From: a virus
DNA length: 64,000 nt
Direction: 5' to 3' (one strand)
Virus record (IMG/VR): IMGVR_UViG_3300001390_000008
Location: 29,805 to 93,804 of that record
In this document: positions 45,994 to 56,035 of the stretch, one piece after another
Layout: the number at the start of each line of letters is the position of its first letter
Position numbering within the stretch: position 1 is the first letter of the stretch
Made by a program: the position numbers and the translations under genes
The notes under the pieces: generated by a model
Seen by the model: only the letters and a program-made list of their open reading frames with translations
Told to the model about the DNA's origin: nothing
The model's database searches: none

Positions 45994-48516
45994 TCACTTA
46001 TTTTTCTTTATACGGGTATGCCTTTTATGGCCTATTTTAGTTACATTATCCGGGTCTGTGGTTTCTTCATAAATCTTTGATGCTGGGGTAGCATTCCCCT
46101 TTATCCAAACGGCCATTTCCTGTATTTCTTTACTATAGGTTTTTGATAAAGGAACCATATTCTGAAGAGCCTCATATACATACTTCATGCTAAATTTTTT
46201 ACCGGCACTAAATGCGTCAATAAGCCCGTCCTTTACGGCAGATTCAATTTCGGCTGGTACATACCCTAAAGATATATCAACTACTTTGCTTTTATGTAGA
46301 TCACTAAATTTATCTGGGTTATATCCTCTCTTGGCTAAATGAATATTAAGCACTTCAAGGCGCTCTCTGCCTGTAGGTAGGCCTGCACCGAAGATAGCAT
46401 CGAATCGTCCACGACGTAGAAGCTCAGGGGGCAGCCCTTGTATATTATTAGCCGTTACAATTGTGAAAATTGGTGATTTATTATCTTGTAACCATGTGAG
46501 GAAATACCCTAATACTCTGCTCGATGTTCCAGAATCGCCGCCCCCCGAACCTATACCACCAAGTCCCTTGTCTATCTCATCGACCAGAATACAGCAAGGA
46601 GCCACAGCTTGGCACATTGCTAAAGCTGTTCTCATACGCTCTTCTGATTTTCCGATAAAACTGTTAAACATTCTGCCAAAATCTAATCGTATCAGAGGTA
46701 CACCAAACTCCCTAGCTATTGATTTCGCTGCAAGGGACTTGCCTGAATTATGTACAATTAATCCGTTAGCTACAAAATTGTTACTAGGGCTTTTCATTTG
46801 TATATCGTAGGTATCTCTTTCGCCTATGTACTTTATTCTAATTATCTTCTGTAGTCGTGGAGCATTACGGTACCTGTTTATATTGCCGCCCTCAGACATG
46901 TGCCGCCTAGCATGTTCTTCTTTAGTAAGTGTCTCTAGGTTATCTATAGTATTATTAGATCTATCCTTATCTTTGTGATGTACTTCCATACTATTAGGCA
47001 AAAAATCCAATAAAGACACATCCTCTTCTAGTGCATAAAGAAAGTCCTCCAAAGGCATTTCGTTGTTATGTGCCTCTACTACTAATCTATGCAAAGGGTG
47101 GCTTGTATACTCTAGCCCATTTATACACCTAGTACGTGCGTTAGGGTGGTTACCCACATTATTCATCATACGCTGTGCAGGGGTTTTATTCCTCCCCCCC
47201 GAATTATCGTCAAGCAAAGAGCCCTTCTTATAGGCAAGGATACTTCTACTCACGGATAGATCACATAATCGCACATAACCGTATCTTGTACGGAACTTAT
47301 GATCTTTTGTAACAGGCAAATATGCCCCATAATCGGTCTGCACCTCATATACTTTTTTCTTACCTGAATAAACAACCCCTTCTATCTCATTAAAGCCTAT
47401 GTACCCTTCCCCCTCTATCAGACTGTGTGCCTTTGTCGCTTTAGTTAAGTCCCACTCTCTGTGTGTTTTATTTAGTAGTCCTAGCTCCACAGCCTTATCA
47501 TGCATACCGTTAAACCTATAGTACAGCGTATCTAACCTCATCCCCCTGTAAGACCCTGATTTCTGCCTCCTGCATACGTTTATCATTGCCTCGCCCGCCA
47601 GACACCCAGGAATACCGACGAAAACTAAACCACGAGGAGGTTCAATACCAAAATCCCGCGCTTCATCGGAATAGCATTTAGCACGTTTGCTTACCCATTC
47701 TTTTAGGTTCTCCATACCACCTACATCTTTCATATCCTCTGGATGATAAATTTCTAGAATATCATTTTTATTAACGATATCTATCTTACCCTTATTGACC
47801 CCTTTAATTATATCTTCAGCAGAAATATGTTTTAAGGTAGTAGCCGCTTCGACAATCGCATGTGCTGCGTACATTTCAAAATTAGCTTTTGTCATGCCTG
47901 CGCCCACATGACATATATCATCATAGTCCTCTTCATCAAGTTCTATTGACCCTTCCCCGCCTTCCCAACCGACAACCCCCTCAACTATGTCATGCAAATA
48001 CTCTACAAGCTCACTATGAGAAGGCGGATTAAAAGGCAGGGTTATTATTAGATCATTAATAGAATCAGGCATAGGTGTATCGGGGGTTATCAGCAGTATC
48101 CTTACTTTACTGCAAGGCAGGGCATCGTTATACCTTTCTAAAAAATGTATGAGTACGGGGTTATCCTCTAACCAATATTGCACATTTACAAAAGCTATAT
48201 ATAGATACTTTTCTCTATCTTTTTCAAGTTCCTTTATGATACTGGCTATTGCATTTCCTATATCTATATTTCTATCCCCTTCTACATTAATATCCTTCAT
48301 CGTAGCTATAGTATATGCAGTAAACCCCTCTACCAGATCCCACTCTAGATAATCGTGCCCTTCTATTAATATAGTCTTACGTGTAGCTGCACATGCACGA
48401 ACTATTTCCTGTGTTCTGACATGTATAATTGCAGCCCCCGCATTAGATAAAAGTCTAAGACGGCAGGCGAACTCATCCTCAGAGTGCCGACTAATATGTT
48501 CTGCACTTATTTTCAT
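45994..48516 (-). CDS. Ycf46-like AAA+ ATPase, intein-containing
   Basis: DVGGMENLKEW, GIPG|SGKS, LVDEIDKG, TANNI..LPPELLRRGRFD. Confidence 0.9.
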   Translation of the reverse strand: MKISAEHISRHSEDEFACRLRLLSNAGAAIIHVRTQEIVRACAATRKTILIEGHDYLEWDLVEGFTAYTIATMKDINVEGDRNIDIGNAIASIIKELEKDREKYLYIAFVNVQYWLEDNPVLIHFLERYNDALPCSKVRILLITPDTPMPDSINDLIITLPFNPPSHSELVEYLHDIVEGVVGWEGGEGSIELDEEDYDDICHVGAGMTKANFEMYAAHAIVEAATTLKHISAEDIIKGVNKGKIDIVNKNDILEIYHPEDMKDVGGMENLKEWVSKRAKCYSDEARDFGIEPPRGLVFVGIPGCLAGEAMINVCRRQKSGSYRGMRLDTLYYRFNGMHDKAVELGLLNKTHREWDLTKATKAHSLIEGEGYIGFNEIEGVVYSGKKKVYEVQTDYGAYLPVTKDHKFRTRYGYVRLCDLSVSRSILAYKKGSLLDDNSGGRNKTPAQRMMNNVGNHPNARTRCINGLEYTSHPLHRLVVEAHNNEMPLEDFLYALEEDVSLLDFLPNSMEVHHKDKDRSNNTIDNLETLTKEEHARRHMSEGGNINRYRNAPRLQKIIRIKYIGERDTYDIQMKSPSNNFVANGLIVHNSGKSLAAKSIAREFGVPLIRLDFGRMFNSFIGKSEERMRTALAMCQAVAPCCILVDEIDKGLGGIGSGGGDSGTSSRVLGYFLTWLQDNKSPIFTIVTANNIQGLPPELLRRGRFDAIFGAGLPTGRERLEVLNIHLAKRGYNPDKFSDLHKSKVVDISLGYVPAEIESAVKDGLIDAFSAGKKFSMKYVYEALQNMVPLSKTYSKEIQEMAVWIKGNATPASKIYEETTDPDNVTKIGHKRHTRIKKNK
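46747..47604 (-). mobile_element. intein (286 aa) carrying an HNH endonuclease
   Basis: CLAG start, TKDH block B, LHRLV...VHHKDKDRSNNTIDNL...EH, TYDI...FVANGLIVHN end, +1 Ser. Confidence 0.9.
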
Positions 48517-48593
48517 TAAGTTTTCCCCTTTATCAAATAAGCCAGTAGTATACTCTAGAAATTATCTATATGCAATTCATAGTTTATATATGG

Positions 48594-48630
48594 GCAAAAA
48601 AAAACCCGTAGCGGTGAGGCTACAGGGTTA
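48594..48630 (-). terminator. rho-independent terminator ending the late/lysis transcript
   Basis: CCCTGTAGC-CTCACC-GCTACGGG followed by a T-run on the minus strand. Confidence 0.65.
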
Positions 48631-48695
48631 AATACCCAAGAAGGATAAGGAGGTAACAAAATGAATCCATATATTAAAATACCTACTCTACTTTG

Positions 48696-48965
48696 TCAAT
48701 ATTTCTTTTTACGTAATTCTTTCAGGTTATCCCGTAGTATATCTAATTCATATTCTAACTCTTCTTTAGTTTGCCTTTCATACTTGCTGGGATTAGGTAT
48801 CGTGCGTAAACCCCGTAATTCACTTCGTTTGTCTGTTATCTGCAATAGTATTAATGATTGATCACTAGTATTTTGATACCGTGCAAAATCCTCAGCAGAT
48901 ACTGTATTTGATTGTATCCATAATAGACCCCCTATCGCCCCTGCGGCCACAACTGAAAACTGCAT
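48696..48965 (-). CDS. membrane-anchored coiled-coil protein
   Basis: N-terminal hydrophobic helix; start uncertain. Confidence 0.5.
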   Translation of the reverse strand: MQFSVVAAGAIGGLLWIQSNTVSAEDFARYQNTSDQSLILLQITDKRSELRGLRTIPNPSKYERQTKEELEYELDILRDNLKELRKKKY

Positions 48966-48985
48966 AATAACCTCCAGTGATTTAT

Positions 48986-49531
48986 TCAAGCAATGCCCCC
49001 TATACTTGCGCCCTCTGGTAATAGTATAGAAGTACCACACCAGCCTAGCCTCTTCCCACGAAAATATACCCGAGCATACCCCTTATTAACAAGAAGGTCT
49101 GCAAGGCTTTCTAAGTCCTTACCCCCGGTCTGTACCCATATTCGTATTAAAGGCCTGCCTCTAGCCCCTCTGGCGGGCTGTACGTCTACTAGAAGATGCT
49201 TCTGCCCCTCCAATAATTTAGTTACATAGCTAGTAGCCTCATCCGCCATTATAGCTTCTCTTGGGCATTTTGCTCTCCACCCCTTCTCCGGGGTATCTAC
49301 CCCATATAATCTCATATTCTCAATGGCATATAACCCTGTAGTTTTAGAAGTTGAAGGCCATAGCCAGACCTTTAATGTTATAGAGTCTGCATCATAATTA
49401 GTTAAATATTCTGCATCATAATTACCAAAAGCATTCGCATCACTATTATTGAATAGGTATATTAATACTAATAGTATAGATACAGCCATCACACCACACT
49501 TAGTTAATCCCCCAGGGTTGCATTTGCTCAT
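48986..49531 (-). CDS. thermonuclease (SNase-like), membrane-anchored
   Basis: YDADSI, RLYGVDTPE, GRPL, LVNKGYARVY; N-terminal TM segment. Confidence 0.82.
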   Translation of the reverse strand: MSKCNPGGLTKCGVMAVSILLVLIYLFNNSDANAFGNYDAEYLTNYDADSITLKVWLWPSTSKTTGLYAIENMRLYGVDTPEKGWRAKCPREAIMADEATSYVTKLLEGQKHLLVDVQPARGARGRPLIRIWVQTGGKDLESLADLLVNKGYARVYFRGKRLGWCGTSILLPEGASIGGIA

Positions 49532-50007
49532 ACTGCTTCTGCCCTCATTAAAATAACCTGTTTATCCCATTCTTTTTTAGACATCCATTCCCATTTAGCT
49601 TTAAGATTAAATACAACCCACTGAGCTAGCCTTAGCTCTAACCACCCCATTTCACCTGTGGCTATATTAGCTGCATGGAACATATGGTCGGCTTCCTTTT
49701 TAGTCCAATATCGCCCACTAAGCATGTCATACATACATCTAAAAGGGATACCTTTGGAGTGAGCCAATAGCTTATAGATCATATCATGGGGCACTGCACC
49801 GTTGCTGATAGGGCCTGTATTATCAATAAGGTAGTCGGGTACTATAGGAGGTATAGAAGCATGATCTGTAAGAAACTCCTTCCATACAGTTACAGTAATA
49901 CCCTTCGCTGCCCAATAAAACCAAAACTCCTCAGCTACTCTCCAATCCGTTTTGTCAAATTGTTGTAGAGTTACTCTACCTCTGGGGAATGCTTCTTCAT
50001 ACGTCAT
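49528..50007 (-). CDS. DUF1353-family protein
   Basis: FLTDHASIP...AVPHDMIY...KEADHMF. Confidence 0.75.
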   Translation of the reverse strand: MTYEEAFPRGRVTLQQFDKTDWRVAEEFWFYWAAKGITVTVWKEFLTDHASIPPIVPDYLIDNTGPISNGAVPHDMIYKLLAHSKGIPFRCMYDMLSGRYWTKKEADHMFHAANIATGEMGWLELRLAQWVVFNLKAKWEWMSKKEWDKQVILMRAEAV

Positions 50008-50263
50008 GGTATAGATAGATTTTGTTAATACAATGCAGGCTCCTGTACCTATTACTTATTATCTTTGTTAGCATAATAAAACCCCAGATGATACCGCCTA
50101 AAGGTAACCACACATACTATAACGCTAGACAACTGTGATAGTGCAAACAGCCAGTGTCTTGTAAAAATACCAGATAAAAACCCACCCCACTCTTGTGACA
50201 TTACAAACGCATAACAGGTGGGGTGTGTTTTACGTGGTACACATAAAAGTAATGGTATTACCC

Positions 50264-51109
50264 TCATTTAAGCAGTCGTGCACTATTATTAGACCCATCA
50301 TTTTTATCATCTATGATGGCTCCTGATGGGCTTCCACTACCATCAAGATTTGAGCTACCGCGTATGGGTGTGGTTAGGTTTTTATCTATTCGTTTAGCTG
50401 TTTGCGCCTGATCTGTTGCAGACTGCCCACTGCCTATAGTTATAGATTGCCCGCCTATACCACCTGTACCTCCACTACTTTCGCCACCTATTGAAGGGTC
50501 ATCAGACTTGGTAACATTTATATCTCCCGTAGATATAGTGTCGCCCTGCCCAGCAAGAGCTGTATTCATAATACCCATAGCTGTGGTTAGCACCGTGGCA
50601 ACCGGTATGGCGATAGCTGTAGTAATCCCTACCTTACCCCATTGTTTAGCCTGCACTTTTTCTTTCTCCATGTAAGATTCTACGGCCATTACTACAGCCC
50701 TCTCACATGTAATTTCTTCCCTACCAAGTGCCTTTGCCAGTATTTCTGTTTGCCTGGTGGAGTTCTGTAATATACCTAGCATAAAGTTTCTATCTATATA
50801 CTTAGCCTGTGCATCTGCCTTAAGACCTAGAACCTCTTCGGGGGTTAAATATAGGACTGCCTGTTGTGGGGCCTGCTTACGCCCCTTTACTATTTTTCTA
50901 CAAGCAGCAATAGCCGGAGCCATAGCTTGCATAACCATGGCATTTTCAGAGGTTTTTGTGTCGCCTTTTTCTATGAGGTTATTGTTGCTGTCAAATTTCT
51001 CATAGGTAGATTTACTGGATGTGTTGCAAGCCCCGAGAAGGATAGTAAAGAAAACAAGTATAATTGAGTAATACAATTTTCTAGCTACTGGTGAGGTGTA
51101 TATTATCAT
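50264..51109 (-). CDS. putative lipoprotein
   Basis: signal peptide with LLGAC lipobox; Gly-rich C-terminus. Confidence 0.6.
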   Translation of the reverse strand: MIIYTSPVARKLYYSIILVFFTILLGACNTSSKSTYEKFDSNNNLIEKGDTKTSENAMVMQAMAPAIAACRKIVKGRKQAPQQAVLYLTPEEVLGLKADAQAKYIDRNFMLGILQNSTRQTEILAKALGREEITCERAVVMAVESYMEKEKVQAKQWGKVGITTAIAIPVATVLTTAMGIMNTALAGQGDTISTGDINVTKSDDPSIGGESSGGTGGIGGQSITIGSGQSATDQAQTAKRIDKNLTTPIRGSSNLDGSGSPSGAIIDDKNDGSNNSARLLK

Positions 51110-51111
51110 TA

Positions 51112-51327
51112 TTATTTCCTCTCAAGTATAGAGGTATTTGTGACAGTTCTAAGAAGCAAAACTACCGCAGTATATACCCCAATACCCGCCTGCCAGTAAG
51201 CTTTTGCTGTCTGTTCTGCCCAGGATTGAAAGTCAGCATCTACTGTACCAGAACTCATAAGAAGCATTATCAAAGTAGGCCAAACGGCCCAAATGATTGT
51301 TTTATATCCCTTAATTTTTTTTAGCAT
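51112..51327 (-). CDS. holin-like membrane protein
   Basis: two hydrophobic helices, KGYKT start, LRTVT end; next to endolysin. Confidence 0.55.
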   Translation of the reverse strand: MLKKIKGYKTIIWAVWPTLIMLLMSSGTVDADFQSWAEQTAKAYWQAGIGVYTAVVLLLRTVTNTSILERK

Positions 51328-51826
51328 AATCGTAGTCCTCTATCAAGTCCCTCCAAGACACACCAAGATCCTGTGCATGAGGGTACTCTCTCTTTTTTAT
51401 AGACCACGTGCCCGCCCACTCAAGACCTACATTTGCGCAAACATTGCCGTATACATACCATTCTACAGAATCCTCACTCCATTGCAACTTCCCATTAACG
51501 ACAGGTACTGCATCGAAAGCAAAACGATAATTGTGCATAGATTGACCGGGGGCGGCATGTGTAATAATTCTCTTACCGTATTGCGGGCCTACATTTAATA
51601 AAAGATCACCCAGGTCTACCCTGCCATATTTCTCTGTTAGCTCTTTAGCTTTTTTTTCTATAGCAAGGATACCCCGGCCATTACGATATAACTTAGCCTG
51701 CTCCTCTATTGGGCGAAAAGTACAATAAATTAGTATTTCTACATCCTGATCCTTACACCCGTTAAGAACCTGCATAGCCTTAGAGGCTACACTAATAGAT
51801 AAATCACGTAGCCTTCGGCTTGCCAC
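51311..51826 (-). CDS. endolysin, M15 family peptidase
   Basis: TFRPIEEQAKLY, AAPGQSMHNY..AFD, LEWAG.W...EYPH. Confidence 0.9.
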   Translation of the reverse strand: MASRRLRDLSISVASKAMQVLNGCKDQDVEILIYCTFRPIEEQAKLYRNGRGILAIEKKAKELTEKYGRVDLGDLLLNVGPQYGKRIITHAAPGQSMHNYRFAFDAVPVVNGKLQWSEDSVEWYVYGNVCANVGLEWAGTWSIKKREYPHAQDLGVSWRDLIEDYDYAKKN

Positions 51827-52223
51827 TATGTACCCCTTTATTTTGCTGTATTTCTATTAATATGCCAGTAATAAGAAAAGACAGGAAGAAACTTACCACT
51901 ACTATTTCTACCGAAATAGCAAAGTTTTTCATATCCATGGTTAGTACCATAAATAGATTAACCTGTGCTATAAAGGTAATAGTAGAGGCCACTATTATTT
52001 TGCCTAGCTTAAATGGGGATTGCATAAAGGTATACGCCATCATCCCCCATAGTATTATAGTAATAGATGTTATAAGAGTTTTAGCTAGTATGTTAGAGAA
52101 AGTGCCGCCTTCGCTAACTATATAAGAAGCACCTAATGATACTGCTAGAGCGACGATCACATAATCTGCTATAGGGCCATTTTTCATATAATTCTGTAAT
52201 ATTTTAATTATTTTATTTTCCAT
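51804..52223 (-). CDS. 4-TM membrane protein (possible holin)
   Basis: four hydrophobic segments; directly upstream of the endolysin. Confidence 0.5.
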   Translation of the reverse strand: MENKIIKILQNYMKNGPIADYVIVALAVSLGASYIVSEGGTFSNILAKTLITSITIILWGMMAYTFMQSPFKLGKIIVASTITFIAQVNLFMVLTMDMKNFAISVEIVVVSFFLSFLITGILIEIQQNKGVHSGKPKAT

Positions 52224-52224
52224 A

Positions 52225-52545
52225 TTATTTACTTCCTTCTAATGAGTTAAGACGCTGTTCTATAAGAGCCCCTTTTGTTTCAAAGCTATCTAACCTATCA
52301 TCCATTACATTTTCCAGATCATCCACTTTAATCCGAGTATACGCATCATCTCTGGCTATCTTTACTACAGATGTCTTAATACTTGCAATATCTGCTTTAA
52401 GGGGGGTAATAATAATATAGACATACATACCTATACCCATGGCTGCCAGAGCGGCCATAATATTCCAGCCTATCTTTATACCATCTGCCTGTACTGAAAT
52501 ATCTTTAGAAGTATTTGGTGACATAGTTGCCCATCTATAAAACAT
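52225..52545 (-). CDS. TM + coiled-coil protein
   Basis: one TM helix followed by heptads. Confidence 0.5.
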   Translation of the reverse strand: MFYRWATMSPNTSKDISVQADGIKIGWNIMAALAAMGIGMYVYIIITPLKADIASIKTSVVKIARDDAYTRIKVDDLENVMDDRLDSFETKGALIEQRLNSLEGSK

Positions 52546-52849
52546 CCTCTACACGAAAGGTACCAATAGAAGAACTCCATTTTCCTGCGGGCATTTCTAC
52601 ATACCCCTGTAGCTTCCATGTACCTAGTTCAACTAAGAAACCCGCCTCTACCACATATTCTAGTTTACCATCCGTCCCATCTGTAGTTAAAACAACCGAC
52701 TTCTCTATTTTTCCGCTGTCCGGTCTAAAAAACCGGATAGTCCGTATAGTAGAGGTACTTATATCCACTGGGGTCTTACCCCTCATCAAGGTTATTCTGA
52801 GTATAGTGCCTTCATCATTTAGCCGTACATCGTGGTCTTCACTACTCAT
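52535..52849 (-). CDS. BppU-like Ig-fold virion protein
   Basis: RPDSG...DGKLEY...GTWKLQGYV pattern. Confidence 0.6.
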   Translation of the reverse strand: MSSEDHDVRLNDEGTILRITLMRGKTPVDISTSTIRTIRFFRPDSGKIEKSVVLTTDGTDGKLEYVVEAGFLVELGTWKLQGYVEMPAGKWSSSIGTFRVEDVL

Positions 52850-52864
52850 GGTTATGCCTCCGTA

Positions 52865-54406
52865 TTACCTGTGCTCATTAAATATTTTGTAATCGATTTC
52901 AATTAATTGATTCATCTGTAATGTAAAAGTTAAAGTTGTATATAGCGAAAGTGTAGAATCAAGTATTTCTACATCCAGTGAATTTACCCATCTAGGTATA
53001 GCATCTATACCGCTAATTGTATACGCGCCAGGTTCCGCCAGTAGGGTGTATACATTTCCATATACGAGGGCGACATTTTGCCCAGTGATAATGAAACTAC
53101 CTGAATCCGCCGCAAGGAGAAAACCCCCTGTTGATAAAAGCGAAAGGGCCGCATCAGTACCTGTAAGACTATAATTACCGGGGGCTGCTTGTACGGCCCT
53201 ATGCACTAATACCCCGGCATCCGTACCTGATAGGGTAAATACCCCCGAATCTGCTATTAGGGCGTAGGTGTGAGCTACTGAGGCGTCTTGCCCCACTAAT
53301 GTATAGCTGCCCGATTCTGTTGTTAGATATCTATTAAATATTACTGATGCATTAATACCTGTAAGAGAAAAGGCCCCTGACTCGGCTAACAATATTTTAT
53401 TATTACCGTATAGCAGAGTAGCGCCTTGCCCGGCGAGGGCAAAGCTTCCACTACCCGCTGCTAAAGTATGCTGTAATAAAAGAAGGGTATCTTGCCCAGA
53501 TAGGCTAAATATTCCTGAATTGGCTGTAAGTGTATATGCTTTGGATAAAGTGGCACTCTGCCCCGATAGATTAAATGCCCCAGAACTTGCCGGTAGATAG
53601 CGATTATATGGTAGGGCAGCATCTGGGCCTGTAAGGGTAAAGCTACCAGTCCCCGCAACTAATGTTTTTAATGTGCCGTAGTTAAGTGCGGCTGCCTGCC
53701 CCGCTATAGAAAATGTACCCGAGTCGGCGGCCAGAGCATAGGTGTATGATATTGCTGCATCTGCGCCAGCTAGAGCATAAGCCCCGCTATATGCATATAC
53801 AATCTTGTTACTTAGTAGAGTTGTGTCTGTCCCACTTAAGGAGAAACTGCCGGACTCGGCTGGGAGTGTTTTGATACTTCCGTAGGATAAGGCTGCCGCC
53901 TGTCCTGTTAAATTGAATGTACCGGAGTTTGCTGAGAGGTATTTATTATATGTTAGAGGGGCGGGGGTTCCTGATAGAGTAAAAGCACCTGAGTCCGCAA
54001 TAACCTGATAGCTATATGTAAGATTCGCTACAGTTCCCGCAAGTATAAAAGAGCCGGAGTTTGCGGGTATATAATAGATTTTTATTAAAGTAGCGTCTGT
54101 GCCTGACAGGGTGAATACCCCTGACTCTGCCGCAATATAGTAATTATGTAATAATGATGTGGCAGTCCCGGATAGGGCAAATGAGCCAGAGTCGGCAGAC
54201 ACATAATAACTACGTGATAGTGCGGCAGTAGTCCCTGTTAAATTAAATACGCCTGAATCAGATACGAGGGTGTATATTGTGGCCGGTACATTGTAATTTA
54301 ATACTGCACTAGTACCTGATAGATTAAATGTACCCGTATCTGCTACTAGTGTGTATGCCCCCGTTGCCGTCTTGGCACCGATAAAGCGTAAAAATGGAGA
54401 TCTCAT
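52865..54406 (-). CDS. repeat-rich putative tail/fibre protein
   Basis: 20 repeats of AxSGxFxLxGxxAxL, ~22-27 aa each. Confidence 0.7.
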   Translation of the reverse strand: MRSPFLRFIGAKTATGAYTLVADTGTFNLSGTSAVLNYNVPATIYTLVSDSGVFNLTGTTAALSRSYYVSADSGSFALSGTATSLLHNYYIAAESGVFTLSGTDATLIKIYYIPANSGSFILAGTVANLTYSYQVIADSGAFTLSGTPAPLTYNKYLSANSGTFNLTGQAAALSYGSIKTLPAESGSFSLSGTDTTLLSNKIVYAYSGAYALAGADAAISYTYALAADSGTFSIAGQAAALNYGTLKTLVAGTGSFTLTGPDAALPYNRYLPASSGAFNLSGQSATLSKAYTLTANSGIFSLSGQDTLLLLQHTLAAGSGSFALAGQGATLLYGNNKILLAESGAFSLTGINASVIFNRYLTTESGSYTLVGQDASVAHTYALIADSGVFTLSGTDAGVLVHRAVQAAPGNYSLTGTDAALSLLSTGGFLLAADSGSFIITGQNVALVYGNVYTLLAEPGAYTISGIDAIPRWVNSLDVEILDSTLSLYTTLTFTLQMNQLIEIDYKIFNEHR

Positions 54407-55140
54407 TGTGGTATTAAGAACTGATAAGGATCACGGCTTATTTCTGTGCCGTAATTTGTCCATACATTTCTATCCCATATAAACAGATAGCGGTTAATAC
54501 TGCTCGCAAACAATGATGCGTTATTTCTGCAATTTATATATAGTGTGCTATTGGCATAGTTTGCTACCGGGACTAATGGTGAAGTTGCAGAAGCAGCGAT
54601 GCTTTTACCGTCAACAATTAGCCCAAGACCGCTAAACTTATTAATAAAAGCAAAACAATAATCGTGATACCCAACAGAGGGTCGAGGGTATCCGGCTGAA
54701 GAAACCACCCCAGGGTTCATTGCTAATTGGAAAAGCCCGGTATAGGGCGCCCCTGAATTCGGGTCTATAAGTATGCCGTTACTAGCACCAAAATTTGGCG
54801 TGAATTCAGCGGCTAAATCATCTGTATTATTATAGGCAGATATATCCATTCCAATTGCAACAGTTATATCACGTGTATTCGACAGATCAATCTGCAAACT
54901 TGCTCCATCTGCTGTACCATCAAACGTATAATTATTGGTGCTTTTTGTTGGTGATCCGACTTTTGTCAACACCTGCCCCGTTACTAAATCGCGTATGTCC
55001 GGGTAGTATAAAATAGCTGCGCGCAACCCTCGCGCTAAAGGGTGGCTCCAGTCTATCTTTACCTGTCCAACCGGCTTCTTACCCGGAATCCGCAGATTCG
55101 GTTCAAGTAAATCAATATTGTCAACTATTACCTGGCCCAT
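54403..55140 (-). CDS. LamG/ConA-like putative receptor-binding protein
   Basis: IDWSHPLARGL, TFDGT, IVDGK, FIWDR, RDPYQF pattern. Confidence 0.55.
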   Translation of the reverse strand: MGQVIVDNIDLLEPNLRIPGKKPVGQVKIDWSHPLARGLRAAILYYPDIRDLVTGQVLTKVGSPTKSTNNYTFDGTADGASLQIDLSNTRDITVAIGMDISAYNNTDDLAAEFTPNFGASNGILIDPNSGAPYTGLFQLAMNPGVVSSAGYPRPSVGYHDYCFAFINKFSGLGLIVDGKSIAASATSPLVPVANYANSTLYINCRNNASLFASSINRYLFIWDRNVWTNYGTEISRDPYQFLIPQ

Positions 55141-55580
55141 TAGACTGCGGTATTCCAGCCTCGTGACGCTACTGCAAGAGCTATTGTTAGAGTCGCCCCT
55201 GATTGGTTTACAAGATAATAAGTAGCATTAGGATCAGGGTTTACTACGCTATCAATGTAATAATACTGGGGGCCAGCTAGAGCGTTAAGAACAAAACTAT
55301 CGACAAATTTATGTAGATAAGTTGCAGTTACTGCCGGGGCCTCGTTAGTCCCGTCCATTTTCGGTCTACGGTACAAATCTACTGTTTGGTACACTACAGG
55401 AGTACCGACAGATATATAAAGCCTAAAATCTAGTGACGGGTATTTGCGCTCATTAACGCTAAGTGCCGTTGCATTTATCGCAGTCCGTACTCCGGCTGAT
55501 ACGGCGGCATCGAGTGTGGATGCAGCGGCTTGTATCGTGTACCACGCGGTACTCGGTTGATTAATTGTTTCTCCGGCCAT
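55140..55580 (-). CDS. putative virion protein
   Basis: beta-rich 146-aa ORF in the structural block. Confidence 0.55.
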   Translation of the reverse strand: MAGETINQPSTAWYTIQAAASTLDAAVSAGVRTAINATALSVNERKYPSLDFRLYISVGTPVVYQTVDLYRRPKMDGTNEAPAVTATYLHKFVDSFVLNALAGPQYYYIDSVVNPDPNATYYLVNQSGATLTIALAVASRGWNTAV

Positions 55581-56035
55581 TAGCTTTGCCTCGATTTGTT
55601 TACATCATTATTGGTGATGATTGTATTAAGCCCAAATAGTACCTCAGCACGTGATGCAGGTTTCGGAAGGAGTGCTTTTATTGCCAGAAATGTAGGAGAG
55701 GTAGGAGAGAATAACTGTCTTAGTTTTACCCTGTACGACCGAATACTCTCGTCCGTAGGCCGGTTTATAAACATCTGTATCCACTGTTTGTTGTAAGCAT
55801 TAAGACCTGCATAATCGGCTTGGGCAATGACATCTGCAACTTCAAGTATCGTCAGATCACGTATCTTTCTATTTATTGACTCCCCGCCTATATTTTTATT
55901 AGGCCTGTTCAACTTACGAGTAATACGATATGTCGCATCGTCATTAGCTGTGAGTACATAGCCCATGCCTATAGGATCTGTAGTGATCTCTGTTTTAAGT
56001 ACCTGCAAATTTGCTTGACTGTTTACATTAAACAT
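55580..56035 (-). CDS. hypothetical protein (LKTEITTDP...SRAEVL family)
   Basis: 151-aa ORF, GGAG RBS. Confidence 0.6.
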   Translation of the reverse strand: MFNVNSQANLQVLKTEITTDPIGMGYVLTANDDATYRITRKLNRPNKNIGGESINRKIRDLTILEVADVIAQADYAGLNAYNKQWIQMFINRPTDESIRSYRVKLRQLFSPTSPTFLAIKALLPKPASRAEVLFGLNTIITNNDVNKSRQS

